Positions 11,243 through 22,335 of a stretch of DNA of 64,000 nt are shown piece after piece. Below the pieces are notes generated by a model. That model ran no database searches, was not told the origin of the DNA, and was given only the letters and a program-made list of their open reading frames with translations. The DNA lies in NCBI GenBank assembly GCA_964016885.1, contig OZ024743.1, positions 146,754,001-146,818,000 of the forward strand, read 5' to 3'. How positions within the stretch are numbered: position 1 is the stretch's first letter; every line of letters starts with the position of its first letter. The position numbers and the translations under genes were made by a program. Source of the stretch: Eledone cirrhosa (taxonomy: Eukaryota).

Positions 11243-13372
11243 TTACCGTATTTTTGGTAGAGGAGGGATGGTTTTTACATCCCTTTTCACTTGATCGTCT
11301 GGTGAAGGGACCGTTGAATCGTCCCTTCGGCTGGTCGTCGGCTCTTCTAAGAGAATGTCTGAATATACTCTTCGATTAATGGTTCCTCCTAGGTCCCTGA
11401 AATCACCAACTGCGTTGGGGAATTTCGTTTTAATGTTTGTGTATTGTTTCTGTGCTATTTTTAGCAGTCTTATGTTAGTTGGCGTTTTGATTGGTGCTGG
11501 TATTATGTAGTCCTGTTGTGAAATGTCTGTGTGTTCAATTATGTAAGTCATTAGTTTCTTGTTGTGTGTGTTTATTGCCGTGCATTTGTTTTTCTGGGGG
11601 TGGGGTGTGGTTCTGCTATTTTCTTGTCGTTGTTGCTGGGTGTGTGTGTTTTGTTGTTGTGTTTGCGATGTTGGTGCTTGTGGTGGTGGTGTTGAAGGTG
11701 TTGTTGGCGGTGGGGTTGTCGCCGGTGGTGATGGTGGTGCTGGTGTGGGTGGTGATGGTGTTGGTGGTGTTGCTGCTGTGGGTCTCTTTGCAGTAGACTT
11801 TACCCTTTTCTCATTTCTTTCCTCCCTTTTCAAAGGCGACGATGCGCTGCTTCTGCGTTTGTGCCTTCTTGAGACCTTTTGCCATCCCTCTCCCACCTCA
11901 CACTCCATGTCTGATTCTGTAAGGTCGGGGAGGGGTACCAGCTCCACTCTTTCACTTGTTGTTGTTGGTGATGTTTGCACTGGAGTCTCTGTTGCAGCTG
12001 CATTTGGTATTGCTGTTGTTGTTGTTAATATTTCCACTGCTGCTGCTGTCTTTGATTTCCGTGGAGTGGGTATGGGTGCCACGGACCTATCGTTCCTGGT
12101 TGCCGCTTGTCCTGTTGCTGGTAGCCGTGGAACCGGATTCGGGAGGAGGGGGGTTTTCTCCTTTCTCAGGGTCTTCTCGTTGCAGAAGGCCCTGAGGTGA
12201 GTCTTCGATCCACAGCGAAAGCATTTCGGGCGTTTGCCCTCAACACTTATGGGCAGTTGAGTGCCGTTATCGAAGTCTATCACATCCGGGATAGCTTCGA
12301 TGCACTCCTGGTTGGTTTGGATTAGCATCTCAATGGAGGAGCCGACCCAATCTTCTCTTACTTTTTTCTGTACTTGCAGTACAGTTGTTTTGTCCTCGAT
12401 TCCGACGAGGACAGACGCGGCCAGCCAAGAAGGGGTCATTCCGGGGGGGACGTGGGTCAGTTTGACCCTCACAATTTTTTGCCCGCAGTAGGAGGGCACC
12501 AACACCATTTCCTCGCTCCTTAGGGTCACTACTGATTGGGCCTTTGCCTCCTGGGGTGTGGCAAAAAGTACGTCTACGGTGGCGTATTTTTTGCCTCGGG
12601 TGATGTGCGTTTTCCTCTGCCACACAGACCCCAAGGCTTTTTGTATTTGGGCCTCTGTGGCTCTTTCCACCCTACGGGATTTTGTACTTACTGTACGGTA
12701 CGTGACCGTACAGTGCTCTTGGGTTTCGAAAAAATTTTTCGCTGCCTTGCAGATTGCTCGGTGTCCGTTCTTTGTCACCATCTTCTTCGCTTCCTCTAAT
12801 TCCTCATTTGTTATGAGGATTGTTTCCAGGTTTTTCGCAATACCTGCAAATGAGATTGGTTTTTCTCTGCTGTTGTTGTTGTCGTCAGAACTGCTGGTAC
12901 TTTTGTTGTTGCTGCAGGTACTACGACTACTGCCTCCGCCGCTGTTGCTGTGGTTGTTGTTGGTGTTGCTGCTGCTAATGCTGTTGTTGTTTATGCTGCT
13001 GGTGATGCTGTTGCGGCTGCTACTGTTGTTTTCATTGTCACTGTTGCTGTTGTTATTACGGCTGCTACTGCTATTATTCCTGACGTCAGACGAATGAACT
13101 GGGTTTTCGTATTTCCCGCACACCTGTTTCGTCGCTGTCGTCGTCGTCGTGGAGAAACCTTGCACGCTTTGCACGAGACTTTTCTTTTCTTTCGTCGCTT
13201 GCGAAAGAGAAGGGAGGGAGAGAGACACATTTAAAGAAGGGAGGGAGAGAGACAATCTTCTCTCTGCTGTAGTGATGATTGAGGAAGAAGAAGACGGAAT
13301 GAGTGGGAGTGACGTATGAAATTTCTTTTTCGTAGCCATGTTTTTTTGTTTAAAATGAAATTTTGGGTACAA
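11243..13372 (-). CDS. LINE ORF1p, gag-like nucleic-acid chaperone (up to 709 aa; may start at MATKKK)
   Basis: Directly upstream of ORF2 on the same strand. CCHC knuckle CFRCGSKTHLRAFC (12182-12223), basic WQKVSRRHKRR, S/N-rich and P/T-rich low-complexity tracts. Confidence 0.88.
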   Translation of the reverse strand: MYPKFHFKQKNMATKKKFHTSLPLIPSSSSSIITTAERRLSLSLPSLNVSLSLPSLSQATKEKKSLVQSVQGFSTTTTTATKQVCGKYENPVHSSDVRNNSSSSRNNNSNSDNENNSSSRNSITSSINNNSISSSNTNNNHSNSGGGSSRSTCSNNKSTSSSDDNNNSREKPISFAGIAKNLETILITNEELEEAKKMVTKNGHRAICKAAKNFFETQEHCTVTYRTVSTKSRRVERATEAQIQKALGSVWQRKTHITRGKKYATVDVLFATPQEAKAQSVVTLRSEEMVLVPSYCGQKIVRVKLTHVPPGMTPSWLAASVLVGIEDKTTVLQVQKKVREDWVGSSIEMLIQTNQECIEAIPDVIDFDNGTQLPISVEGKRPKCFRCGSKTHLRAFCNEKTLRKEKTPLLPNPVPRLPATGQAATRNDRSVAPIPTPRKSKTAAAVEILTTTTAIPNAAATETPVQTSPTTTSERVELVPLPDLTESDMECEVGEGWQKVSRRHKRRSSASSPLKREERNEKRVKSTAKRPTAATPPTPSPPTPAPPSPPATTPPPTTPSTPPPQAPTSQTQQQNTHTQQQRQENSRTTPHPQKNKCTAINTHNKKLMTYIIEHTDISQQDYIIPAPIKTPTNIRLLKIAQKQYTNIKTKFPNAVGDFRDLGGTINRRVYSDILLEEPTTSRRDDSTVPSPDDQVKRDVKTIPPLPKIR

Positions 13373-13573
13373 AACCCCAATAACTGGTTATTTAACCCCG
13401 AAGGGCCAAATATCGGACAGAAAGACCCCTCTCACGAGGAGGAGGGTGTCTTTATCAACAATTTGGTTCAAGTTTTAAACAATTTACAATTGTTTTAACG
13501 GTTAAAAATTACTATACCTTACAGAGCCGAGCCTCCGTCAACCATGGCATTCAATAATAATAATAATAATAAT

Positions 13574-14410
13574 GCTTTCTTTATTAACCACAAGGGTTTA
13601 CATAAAGTAGACATTAAGGACAGTGCAGGACAATACAGGACGGTACAAATGGGCATTTCTGCGTGTAAAAAAAACAAAAACAGAGGATGTAACAAAAAAA
13701 AAACAATGAAAAATTCCTCAATTGGGGGGGGGGGGGGGGGAGACTTCCGAGGGACATTTGTGGAGAAAGCCCATTAAAGGGCCACAGTGACTCTGACCAC
13801 CAGCCAGGGCAAATGCCCTCTCCCAGTTTTCCACCTTTAATTTACAGACACATACTCAGAGTAGGCCCATTCACTCGGGCCATACTTGCTTCTCTCACCC
13901 ATCTTTCAACAAAATGCTGGGAAGAGAGCACTCCCCTCTCTACTCTGATTTTCCTTTTCAAATGAAATTTGAAAAAGTTAATCAGGGCATCACCGAAGAG
14001 GTAAGTGCTCGTCTTCAGCCCTTTCAAACGTGTCCACCATACTATCTCTTTTGCCATGGCCACCAGACAGATAAAAACTGCCTGCCCTTCGCAGCTAAAG
14101 GAAGAGGGCGGGGCAATCCTCACGATGGACTCAGCTGATAGCTGGATCCGTCCTACACGCGACAGCAAGTGTTCGACATAAACCCACAAGTCAGCAATGC
14201 TCGGACACTGGACGAGTGCGTGCAGGACGGTTTCGTCGCCCTGAGCGCATCTCGGACATGCCCGGCTGACGGCACCTCCATGTCTGTAGAGTTTATCCCG
14301 AACTGGCAAAGCTCCTCGGTAGCACTGCCAGGCCAGCGATTTCTGGAAGTTGTCCATAGGCCCCGGCTCGAAAGTTCTTCCAAAGACATTGGCTAGTTGA
14401 TTTTCGTCGG
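13574..14410 (-). mobile_element. 5'-truncated copy of the same Tx1 LINE (ORF2 C-terminus + 3' UTR)
   Basis: Highly similar to 7525-8355. ORF 13842-14417. Tail (ATT)7 at 13553-13573. Confidence 0.95.
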
Positions 14411-14412
14411 GC

Positions 14413-16435
14413 AACAATCACCCCACAGATTCGGGCCGCGAAGATAGCAAAACGCATAGCGCCCAAATGGGAAGCAACAATGCGGGAACCACCAGCAACC
14501 CAACAACTCTCCAACAACTCACGACGCCCTCAACCCACCCATATAGGAGTAGACGCAGAAAAATCACGTGGTACACCCCACCCTACTCAGCGGCCCTAAA
14601 GAACAGCTTGGCCCGATTATTCTTTGGAGCACTTGATAAATGCTTCCCGAGGGACCATAGATACCACAAGATCTTCAACAACACACTGTGAAGCTCTCGT
14701 ATTCCACCACGAGAGATCTGGCCCAACACATAGCTAGCATCAACAGAAGTAGGCTTAAAAACCACACACAACCAGAAGATGGCAATATAAGCACCCAGCA
14801 GAACCATGTGGAAGGAGAGAAGGGGGGACCCAGTGCCCACCCAAGAAACTCAAACAGACCCGGGGACCCCCTACCGTGCCCGGGGGAAGACCACCATGGA
14901 ACATGTAACGGGAACCCCACACTAGGCACGCAGAGGTCGACCACCCTCTGCAACTGTAGAAACCCCGAATCATGCCCCCTTAGTAATGAATGCCTTAAGA
15001 AGAACCTAATATACGGATGTAGGGTTAAAACCCCCAACTCCGAACACCCCTACATAGGATCCACATCAACGAGCTTTAAAAACCGTTGGTATAACCATCG
15101 CCATTCCTTCAATAAGGGGGCCAAAAGGAAAAGTACGGCTCTTTCCGACCTGATCTGGAAGCTTAAGCTGGACAGGACCCCGTACTCTCTGGCCTGGTCC
15201 ATAATCAGGAAAGTACCACCCGATAAAGGGGGATCTGGCATATGCAAACTATGTCTGAACGAGACCCTCGAGATACTAAGAGGTGGAAGCCGCCTGATAA
15301 ACCTCAGAACCGACTTCTTCGGGACATGCAGACACCTCAGGGCCGGGACCTTCCTCAAGCTATAAGGACAGTAACAACACACTGAGATGTGAACTCCCCT
15401 CAACCTATAGGGACTTCTCCAGAACATGTAGACACCTCTTGGCCGGACCTCCCTCAAGCTATATGGGCAGTAACAACACCATAGGTTGGGAACTCCCCTC
15501 AAGCAATAGGGAACCACCCAGGCTGAGCAGGCACCATGATAGCCTAGAGATTGATTCTGACACAGTCTTTCTAATTTGGCCAACATCTTTATAACACACA
15601 CACATTTTATTTTATTTGAATATTCATTCTTATTTTTAATTTTTAATTTTTCATTTATTTTTCATTTATTTTCTATTTATTATTTATTTTCTGTTTTCTT
15701 CATTTTATTGCCTTCTATTTCTTCATATGCATGGCACAGCCCCCCCCCCCCCCCCACCACGAGAAATGGTGGCAGGATGGATGAAGAAACACACACAGAT
15801 ACTTCTAAATGTCAGCAGCAGCAAGACCTAGGCTGACCGCAACACCAACACCACATTTTATTTGCTTATCTTTTATTTTGTTCTTTTACCATCTTATTCC
15901 TTCTACCACTTTATCATTTTTTTGAGCTGACTCCAACACCAACACCACTACCAACATAAGGGTAGAGGTCAGATGTACTTAACAATAACAAGAACAACCA
16001 CTACAGATTGCTTCGTCCCAGAACGAATTTCTATAGACTTTTGACTGAGGAATGTTCTCACAACTGACCAATGGGAGGAGAGGATGTCCTTTGACGCTGA
16101 AATTCGTTTGTTTAAATTCATATGATTCCAGTTCCTCAGTGAAATAACAACCCAACCAGGAACTGGGCATATCAGAGTATTGACAAAGTTAAACAGCTCA
16201 ACAACATGTGTACTCGTCTCTACCACACTAATTCGGACTGCTTGAAGAGGTCACAGCCAAAGATGGCTGTCACCGAAATATATATAGCAGTAATAAACGG
16301 AGCCAAATCCTAAATATGTGACTTATTTATTTTAGTTTATTTTACATTACTCCGGTGTAACCAAACCAACCTGCGCACTTCGTCGAGTGCTCCAATCGGC
16401 ATACTGAAGTGTTGGTATACAACCAAGATATACTA
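14413..16435 (+). mobile_element. Penelope-like element 3' part (RT C-terminus, Cys linker, GIY-YIG endonuclease, 3' region)
   Basis: RRKITWYTPPYS...HKIFN, a frameshift near 14680, then KLSYS, CNCR..CPL..CL, LIY..YIGST..FKNRWYNH, CKLCLNE, CRH. Hammerhead-like motif downstream. 3' boundary approximate. Confidence 0.85.
16237..16291 (+). ncRNA. Minimal type I hammerhead ribozyme (PLE-associated)
   Basis: Stem I ACTGC/GCAGT. Core TTGAAGA (C3U variant) and GAAA. Stem II GGTcACAGCCA/TGGCTGTcACC. Palindromic mini stem III ATATATAT, AUA cleavage triplet. Confidence 0.7.
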
Positions 16436-16724
16436 AAAAAAAAAATATATATATATATACACATACACATAGATATATAAAGACACATGCACTATCTCAC
16501 TCATTTACTTATGTATATATGTATTTGCACATATTAAAAATAATATATAATGTATTTTGAATAAATATAACGAGAGAGTTTCTTTTTCATAAAAAATTGA
16601 TTGAGATTTTTTAATATACTTGCTTTTAATCAGATACACATGTACGTGTATATATATATATGTATGTATACATATATTATACATACATACGTATAATATA
16701 TATACATATATACTTACATTTATG

Positions 16725-16825
<101 letters not shown>

Positions 16826-17250
16826 GAATTATATTAATAATATATACACTTATAGAGACAAACATTAGAAATGTGGTGTATAGACAGTTAATCAGTAGAA
16901 AAATCTAATTATATTTCCTAAAATGCATATATACATATGTTATGCACAAACTAGTATTTTTGATAATGTTTCATAAATATTTATAAATATACCCTATGCA
17001 ATTGTTTTCTCGTGTCATCTGATTCACCTTGTATTTCTGAGCAGATGTATCCATAAAGAGGAACCAGCACTTTTGAAATTTTCTTCAAAATTCACAAACA
17101 TATTCCCAACAGTATAGAAAGTTTGAATCTTGTAGGATTCTGAGACTTCTAGATCTGTATTTGATTTGAACTTTAAGCAGTTTATATCTTCTCCAGCAAA
17201 ACATATTGGGTTCGGTATATCTACTGTCTTTTCAAACAGCATTTATAAAG

Positions 17251-17309
17251 GCCACTGTGTTTAAGAGACATAGTGTATGTGCATGTGTGTGTGCATATGT
17301 GCACATACA

Positions 17310-17387
<78 letters not shown>

Positions 17388-17434
17388 TGTATGTGCACAT
17401 ATGCACATACACTATGTCTCTTAAACACAGTGGC
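17251..17434. repeat. Near-perfect palindrome centred on (TA)n
   Basis: gccactgtgtttaagagacatagtgtatgtgca ... tgcacatacactatgtctcttaaacacagtggc. Confidence 0.9.
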
Positions 17435-17820
17435 TTCTTTATTCGTTTAGTTAGCTTCTTTATTCGTTTGGACATGACCCGTTGATAAAGTGTTCCGGTC
17501 CATCCCCTCCCTAGAAGTCTTATATATTTTTATGTGGGCTGATAGGGGGCGGAGTAAGGAATTGCAGAAACCCAAGAAGCTAGATTTACCATCTTTCTAG
17601 TGGGTCCGGGTAAGTTTTTACATTCATATAAGTTATTGATTTATTGATATTTTATCTGAGTGACCCGAATCTTCCTGGTCGTTATTTTTCGGCTGCATGG
17701 GTGTTGGTATTTTAACGATAGTTATAGCTCTGATTTATCTGAATTATTGAGCCCTCTGCCACTCATGTCGGATTTATTTATCGTAAACTCGTGAGCTGAT
17801 TTTCCGATACTCGATTATTC

Positions 17821-17868
<48 letters not shown>

Positions 17869-17947
17869 AAGGGTGTGGTAAAATACCAGGAGCCCCATAA
17901 CCCAATAGAGTACTCGATACTTAGGGTAGTAGAGTGGGTAATATTAA

Positions 17948-18048
17948 AAGATTCAGGACCTCGATGGCTGAGCTCCGGCCATTTTGACAGCTAGTTTGGA
18001 TCTAGCTATTGAAACGGCTAGAGCTCACCCGCCGGGGTCCTGAATCTT
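17948..18048. repeat. About 100-bp imperfect fold-back element
   Basis: aagattcaggacc/ggtcctgaatctt, tgagctc/gagctca and agctag/ctagct are nested pairs. Confidence 0.7.
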
Positions 18049-18194
18049 ATATATATATATATATATATAGTAATAATAATAAATTTGAAGACTAAAATCC
18101 AAAGAAGGCTCGATAAGTTTCAGAAGATCCCGTTAAGGGTGAAAGCAGTGATTCTTTGCATAAACTTTAATCTGTTAATAAATATATATGTATA

Positions 18195-18985
18195 CTAGCA
18201 GCAGTACCCAGCGTTGCCTGGGTAGGTAAAATAATATCTGCTTTGATGAAAATGTGTTGATCTTAACGACACCTTCTCGATGACTCATCTATGGCCACAC
18301 ACAGGCCATGCGGGGGAGGGTGGTGATGACCTCTATCACTGAGAAACTCGGGTGACTGACGAAGGGGCATGCTGGGGGAGGGGGTTTCGAATTTGAACGA
18401 AATCGGTTGAAAAATGTGGGAGCTAGAGCCGAAAAGGCGGAAATTTGAGCGAAAAGGTGGTATTTTCGAATATTTAAGCGACTGCAACGCCGTTCCTGAA
18501 CAAAAAATCCAAAATGTAAAGCTACTTTAAGACGTGAAATAATCAGATCAAGCGTAGTGTAAAATTTGAACAAAGTAGTTTGATTAATGTGGGAGCTAGA
18601 GCCGAAACAGTGAAAATTTGAGTCTAAAAGTGGTATTTTTGAATATTAAACGGCTGCCATGCCGTCTCTGAACAACAAATGCAAAATATAAAGCCATTAC
18701 AGAATGTGCAATGATAAATTCTATTTTGCTTTAAAATTTGAACGAAATCGGTGGCAAAATGAGGGAGCTAGAGCCAAAAATCTTATTTTTCGATACCTAA
18801 AAAAAAGGTGACCTCCCCTATCGATTTTTATCTGTAGAATGACCCCGGAATAAAAAAAACGAGACGCTGATATATAGAAAACACTTCCCGATAAGTAATC
18901 TATGAGCCTGTAAAGTTTCATGAAAATCGGTCGTAAGATGTAGGCCACTATAGGTAATACACAGACACACACACACACACACACA

Positions 18986-18990
<5 letters not shown>
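18195..18990 (-). mobile_element. Non-autonomous Helitron
   Basis: Reverse-complement copy of 21429-22335. 3' hairpin cccaggcaacgctggg then CTAG followed by T. Confidence 0.8.
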
Positions 18991-19074
<84 letters not shown>

Positions 19075-19079
19075 TAATC

Positions 19080-19663
19080 TCACTGATGAAGGACTAATTT
19101 TATTCATATGTAACCCATGTGCAACCACGCAGCACTCCATTTTTCTTATATTTATATTTTTTCCTCAGCTGCGATTGTCTGTTTCTTTCTTACTGCTTCC
19201 CGTCTCTCTGTATCTCTCACATTCTTTTTACCCCCTCTGCCAGTCACACTCTCTCTCGGCTGGCCTCTTCCTCACACTTCCACTCACTCACTCTCTGCTT
19301 CTCCCCCTCTCTCACTTCCTCCCGTTTGACCTGTGTGAAATCCTTTTCTTGCTTACATCTCACCCATGCCGGATGGTCTGTATCTCTCGTCCATGAATTC
19401 ACCAAGCTTAAGCTTACAGATATCATGTACTTGTCTCTTCCTATCTTTTCGTTGCAATACCATCATTGTTTATTTACATGTCTCGCTCGTTCACCCTATT
19501 TTACTTGTCCCAATAACTTTATTTAGTTATTGCTCGCACCAACCAGAGGTATATGATTTTTAAAGCGATGAAATACCAATGAAAGCTGGAAGATCACTGA
19601 TGAAGGACTAATTTTATTAATATGTAACCCATGTGCAACAACGCAGCACTCCATTTTTCTTAT
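19080..19663 (+). mobile_element. Non-coding element with about 70-bp terminal direct repeats, set in (TA)n
   Basis: tcactgatgaaggactaattttatt...cagcactccatttttcttat at 19080 and 19594. Sibling at about 32860-33232. Confidence 0.7.
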
Positions 19664-19919
19664 ATATATATATATATATATATATACCATGTGTATCCAG
19701 ATTAGAATAGGTGCACCATATCCCTACGTGTTGTAAAAAGTGACTAAAAGTGTTGGTGTTAGGAAAAACATCCAACTTTTTCAAACATATCTTCAAAAAG
19801 TCACATCCAACACATGCCAGCATGGAAAAGTTAATGTAAAAATGATGATGATGATGAGGAGGAGGACATAAACATATATGCACATATACTATACAAAAAT
19901 ACACACACACACACACTCA

Positions 19920-20002
<83 letters not shown>

Positions 20003-20359
20003 GTAGATAGTAGATGTGTCTCCATCAGATTTTGTGATGAGTTATCGGTTGTTCAATGAACTGTACTATCAGTTCATTGAATTAGTGTATAAAAGACTGC
20101 ACCCTTAATATAACCCTCAGGTAGTATCCCTGTGACACAGTGGGTGACAAAGCAGGACCTCTGAATGAACAGTACACTCCATATGATAGGCTTGCATAGA
20201 TTCCATTAACCAAATTTCACCCACCAATCTTAGGTTAGCTGAGGATATAGTATGGCTTGCAAAGGCATCAAACCTGGAATCTCATGATTACAAAATGAAT
20301 TTCTTAGTCATTTGGTTATGCTGTGTCCATATAACATGCATGCACACACACACACAATA

Positions 20360-20705
20360 CGTTGTCCCAATGTTTGTCCATTTGGAAGTCTGGATCAAAT
20401 CAGAGTCTAAGCAATTTAACTGACAACTCTGATAGACAGTATAGACTTGCTTCTCTAGGTGCCAAGCCACACACACTGATTTTTTATATTTAAGTTTTGC
20501 TTCATATTCCCCTAGAGTGGTGCTGATCAACTCAATATGTTTGGTGCTTGACACCATTATGGTGACGTCATTCACATATGCTGACATGGATCTTTGACAT
20601 TCTAGTTTGCACAGGTTGCCTCTCAACATCTCAAGTTTGTGTAGTCATGGCTCAAGAGTCAATACATACAACAGAGATGGGAGGAGACAACCTTCGTTGA
20701 CTGAG
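20360..20705 (-). pseudogene. Old degenerate Tx1 ORF2 RT fragment
   Basis: SMSAYVNDVTIMVSSTKHIELISTTLGEYEA aligns to SVSAYADDVTVVVSNAKHIEAIGTTLREYEA of the intact ORF2. Confidence 0.85.
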
Positions 20706-21428
20706 CATAATAATTATATATATATATATCTGTTTATTACTTGCTGGATAATTACAACTAGGACTTTTGTTAATCCATGGCATATCGGGTAATGGAAGAA
20801 CGTTTTATGTGTACACCTTTATATAGTGAGACACGAAAATTTATTATTAAAAAATTACAGCTAGAATTTTTGCTATTAAATTTCAAAATTGTAAACATTG
20901 AATATAATTGATTTAGGAAGAATCATTGGTGTGTATTTAAGAAATTTATGTATAGAGGCATATTTTTGTAAAAAGTCATTTGGTAATTCGCGTGTAAATA
21001 TTTAAAAACATTTATGTGTTTTTTGAAAACAATCGTTGAAAAAGATATATCTGTATGTGTTCCTTTTTAAAGACACGACAGTTTAGTTAGAGCGATGTTA
21101 CAACCCTAATAACAAAAAACACCTCAAAATTTAACTACTCAAATATGTCTTATCAAATTACAAAAGATATCTATTATTTACTTAAATGATAAATCAATTA
21201 TGTACTAGAAGCAAATCTAGTGTCATTTCCATGGGTGTAACTTACATGGACCAACAGCAGATCCATTCAAATGTTACTTTTATCAACATAACTATACCTT
21301 AAGAAATATATAGAGAAGATGCAACACTGCACTAGCAAGCCAGATCTCATATTTGAAAATTAAGAACTTATGCTAAATATTTCATGGTGTCACTTAGACT
21401 CTTACCAACAAGCAAATCCACATGGTTA

Positions 21429-22335
21429 TCTGTATATATATAAAATTAAGTATGTGTGTGTCTGTGTATTACCTATAGGGGCCTACATCTTACGACCGAT
21501 TTCATGAAACTTTACAGGCTCATAGATTAGTCATCGGGGAGTGTTTTCTATATATCAGCGTATCGTTTTTTTTTTATTCCGGGGTCATTCTGCAGATAAA
21601 AATAAGATTTTTGGCTCTAGCTCCCACATTTTACCACCGATTTCGTTCAAATTTTAAAGCAAAATAGAATTTATCATTGCACATCCTGTAATGGCTTTAT
21701 ATTTTGCATTTATTGTTCAGGGACGGCGTGGCAGCCGCTTAAATATTCAAAAAATACAACTTTTGGACTCAATTTTCCACTTTTCGGTTCTAGCTCCCAC
21801 ATTAATCAACCTACTTTGTTCAAATTTTACACTACGCTTGATCTGATTATTTCAATCTTAAACTGGCTTTACATTTTGGATTTTTTGTTCAGGAACGGCG
21901 TGGCAGCCGCTTAAATATTCGAAAATACCACCTTTTCGCTCAAATTTCCGCCTTTTCGGCTCTAGCTCCCACATTTTTCAACCGATTTCGTTCAAATTCG
22001 AAACTTCGGCTCCACCTCACACATAAATCAATTTATTTAGTTCAACTTTTATACTACGATAGAATCTATCATTGCACATCTTATAGACGGTCAAAGGCAA
22101 AACGATGGCCACTGCCGTCGTCTGAGCTTTTAGTTGTGTATTTGAGAATTCATCGGTTTCCAATCAAGTAGCGTGAGGAAATTTGGCTTAGTGTTAGAGG
22201 TCATTACCTCCCTCCCCCGCATGGCTTGTGTGTGACCATAGATGTGTCATCGAGAAGCAGTCGCTAAGATGAACACCTTTTCATCAAAGCAGATATTATT
22301 TTACCTACCCAGGCAACGCTGGGTACTGCTGCTAG
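21429..22335 (+). mobile_element. Non-autonomous Helitron
   Basis: Starts TC after A. Ends hairpin + CTAG before T, no TSD. Three internal subrepeats containing ctagctcccacatt. Confidence 0.85.

Larger units (their letters stand above)
7525..13552 (-). mobile_element. Full-length intact L1/Tx1-clade LINE (6028 bp)
   Basis: 5' UTR starts GAATGCCATGG directly after (ATT)7. ORF1, 35-bp spacer, ORF2, then a 3' UTR ending AATAAAGAAATC(ATT)18. Confidence 0.93.

Noticed and set aside
8115-13234. Plus-strand and alternate-frame ORFs overlapping the LINE
   Set aside because: Expected shadows of GC-rich ORF1/ORF2, with no motifs.
14685-14692. TGA at the end of the first Penelope ORF as possible selenocysteine recoding
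   Set aside because: Homology continues in another frame (T-V-K-L-S-Y-S), so this is a frameshift mutation rather than readthrough.
17024-17242. 72-aa minus-strand ORF ending near an AAG/GTGAAT donor-like site
   Set aside because: No recognisable domain and no clear acceptor. Cannot be supported without transcripts.
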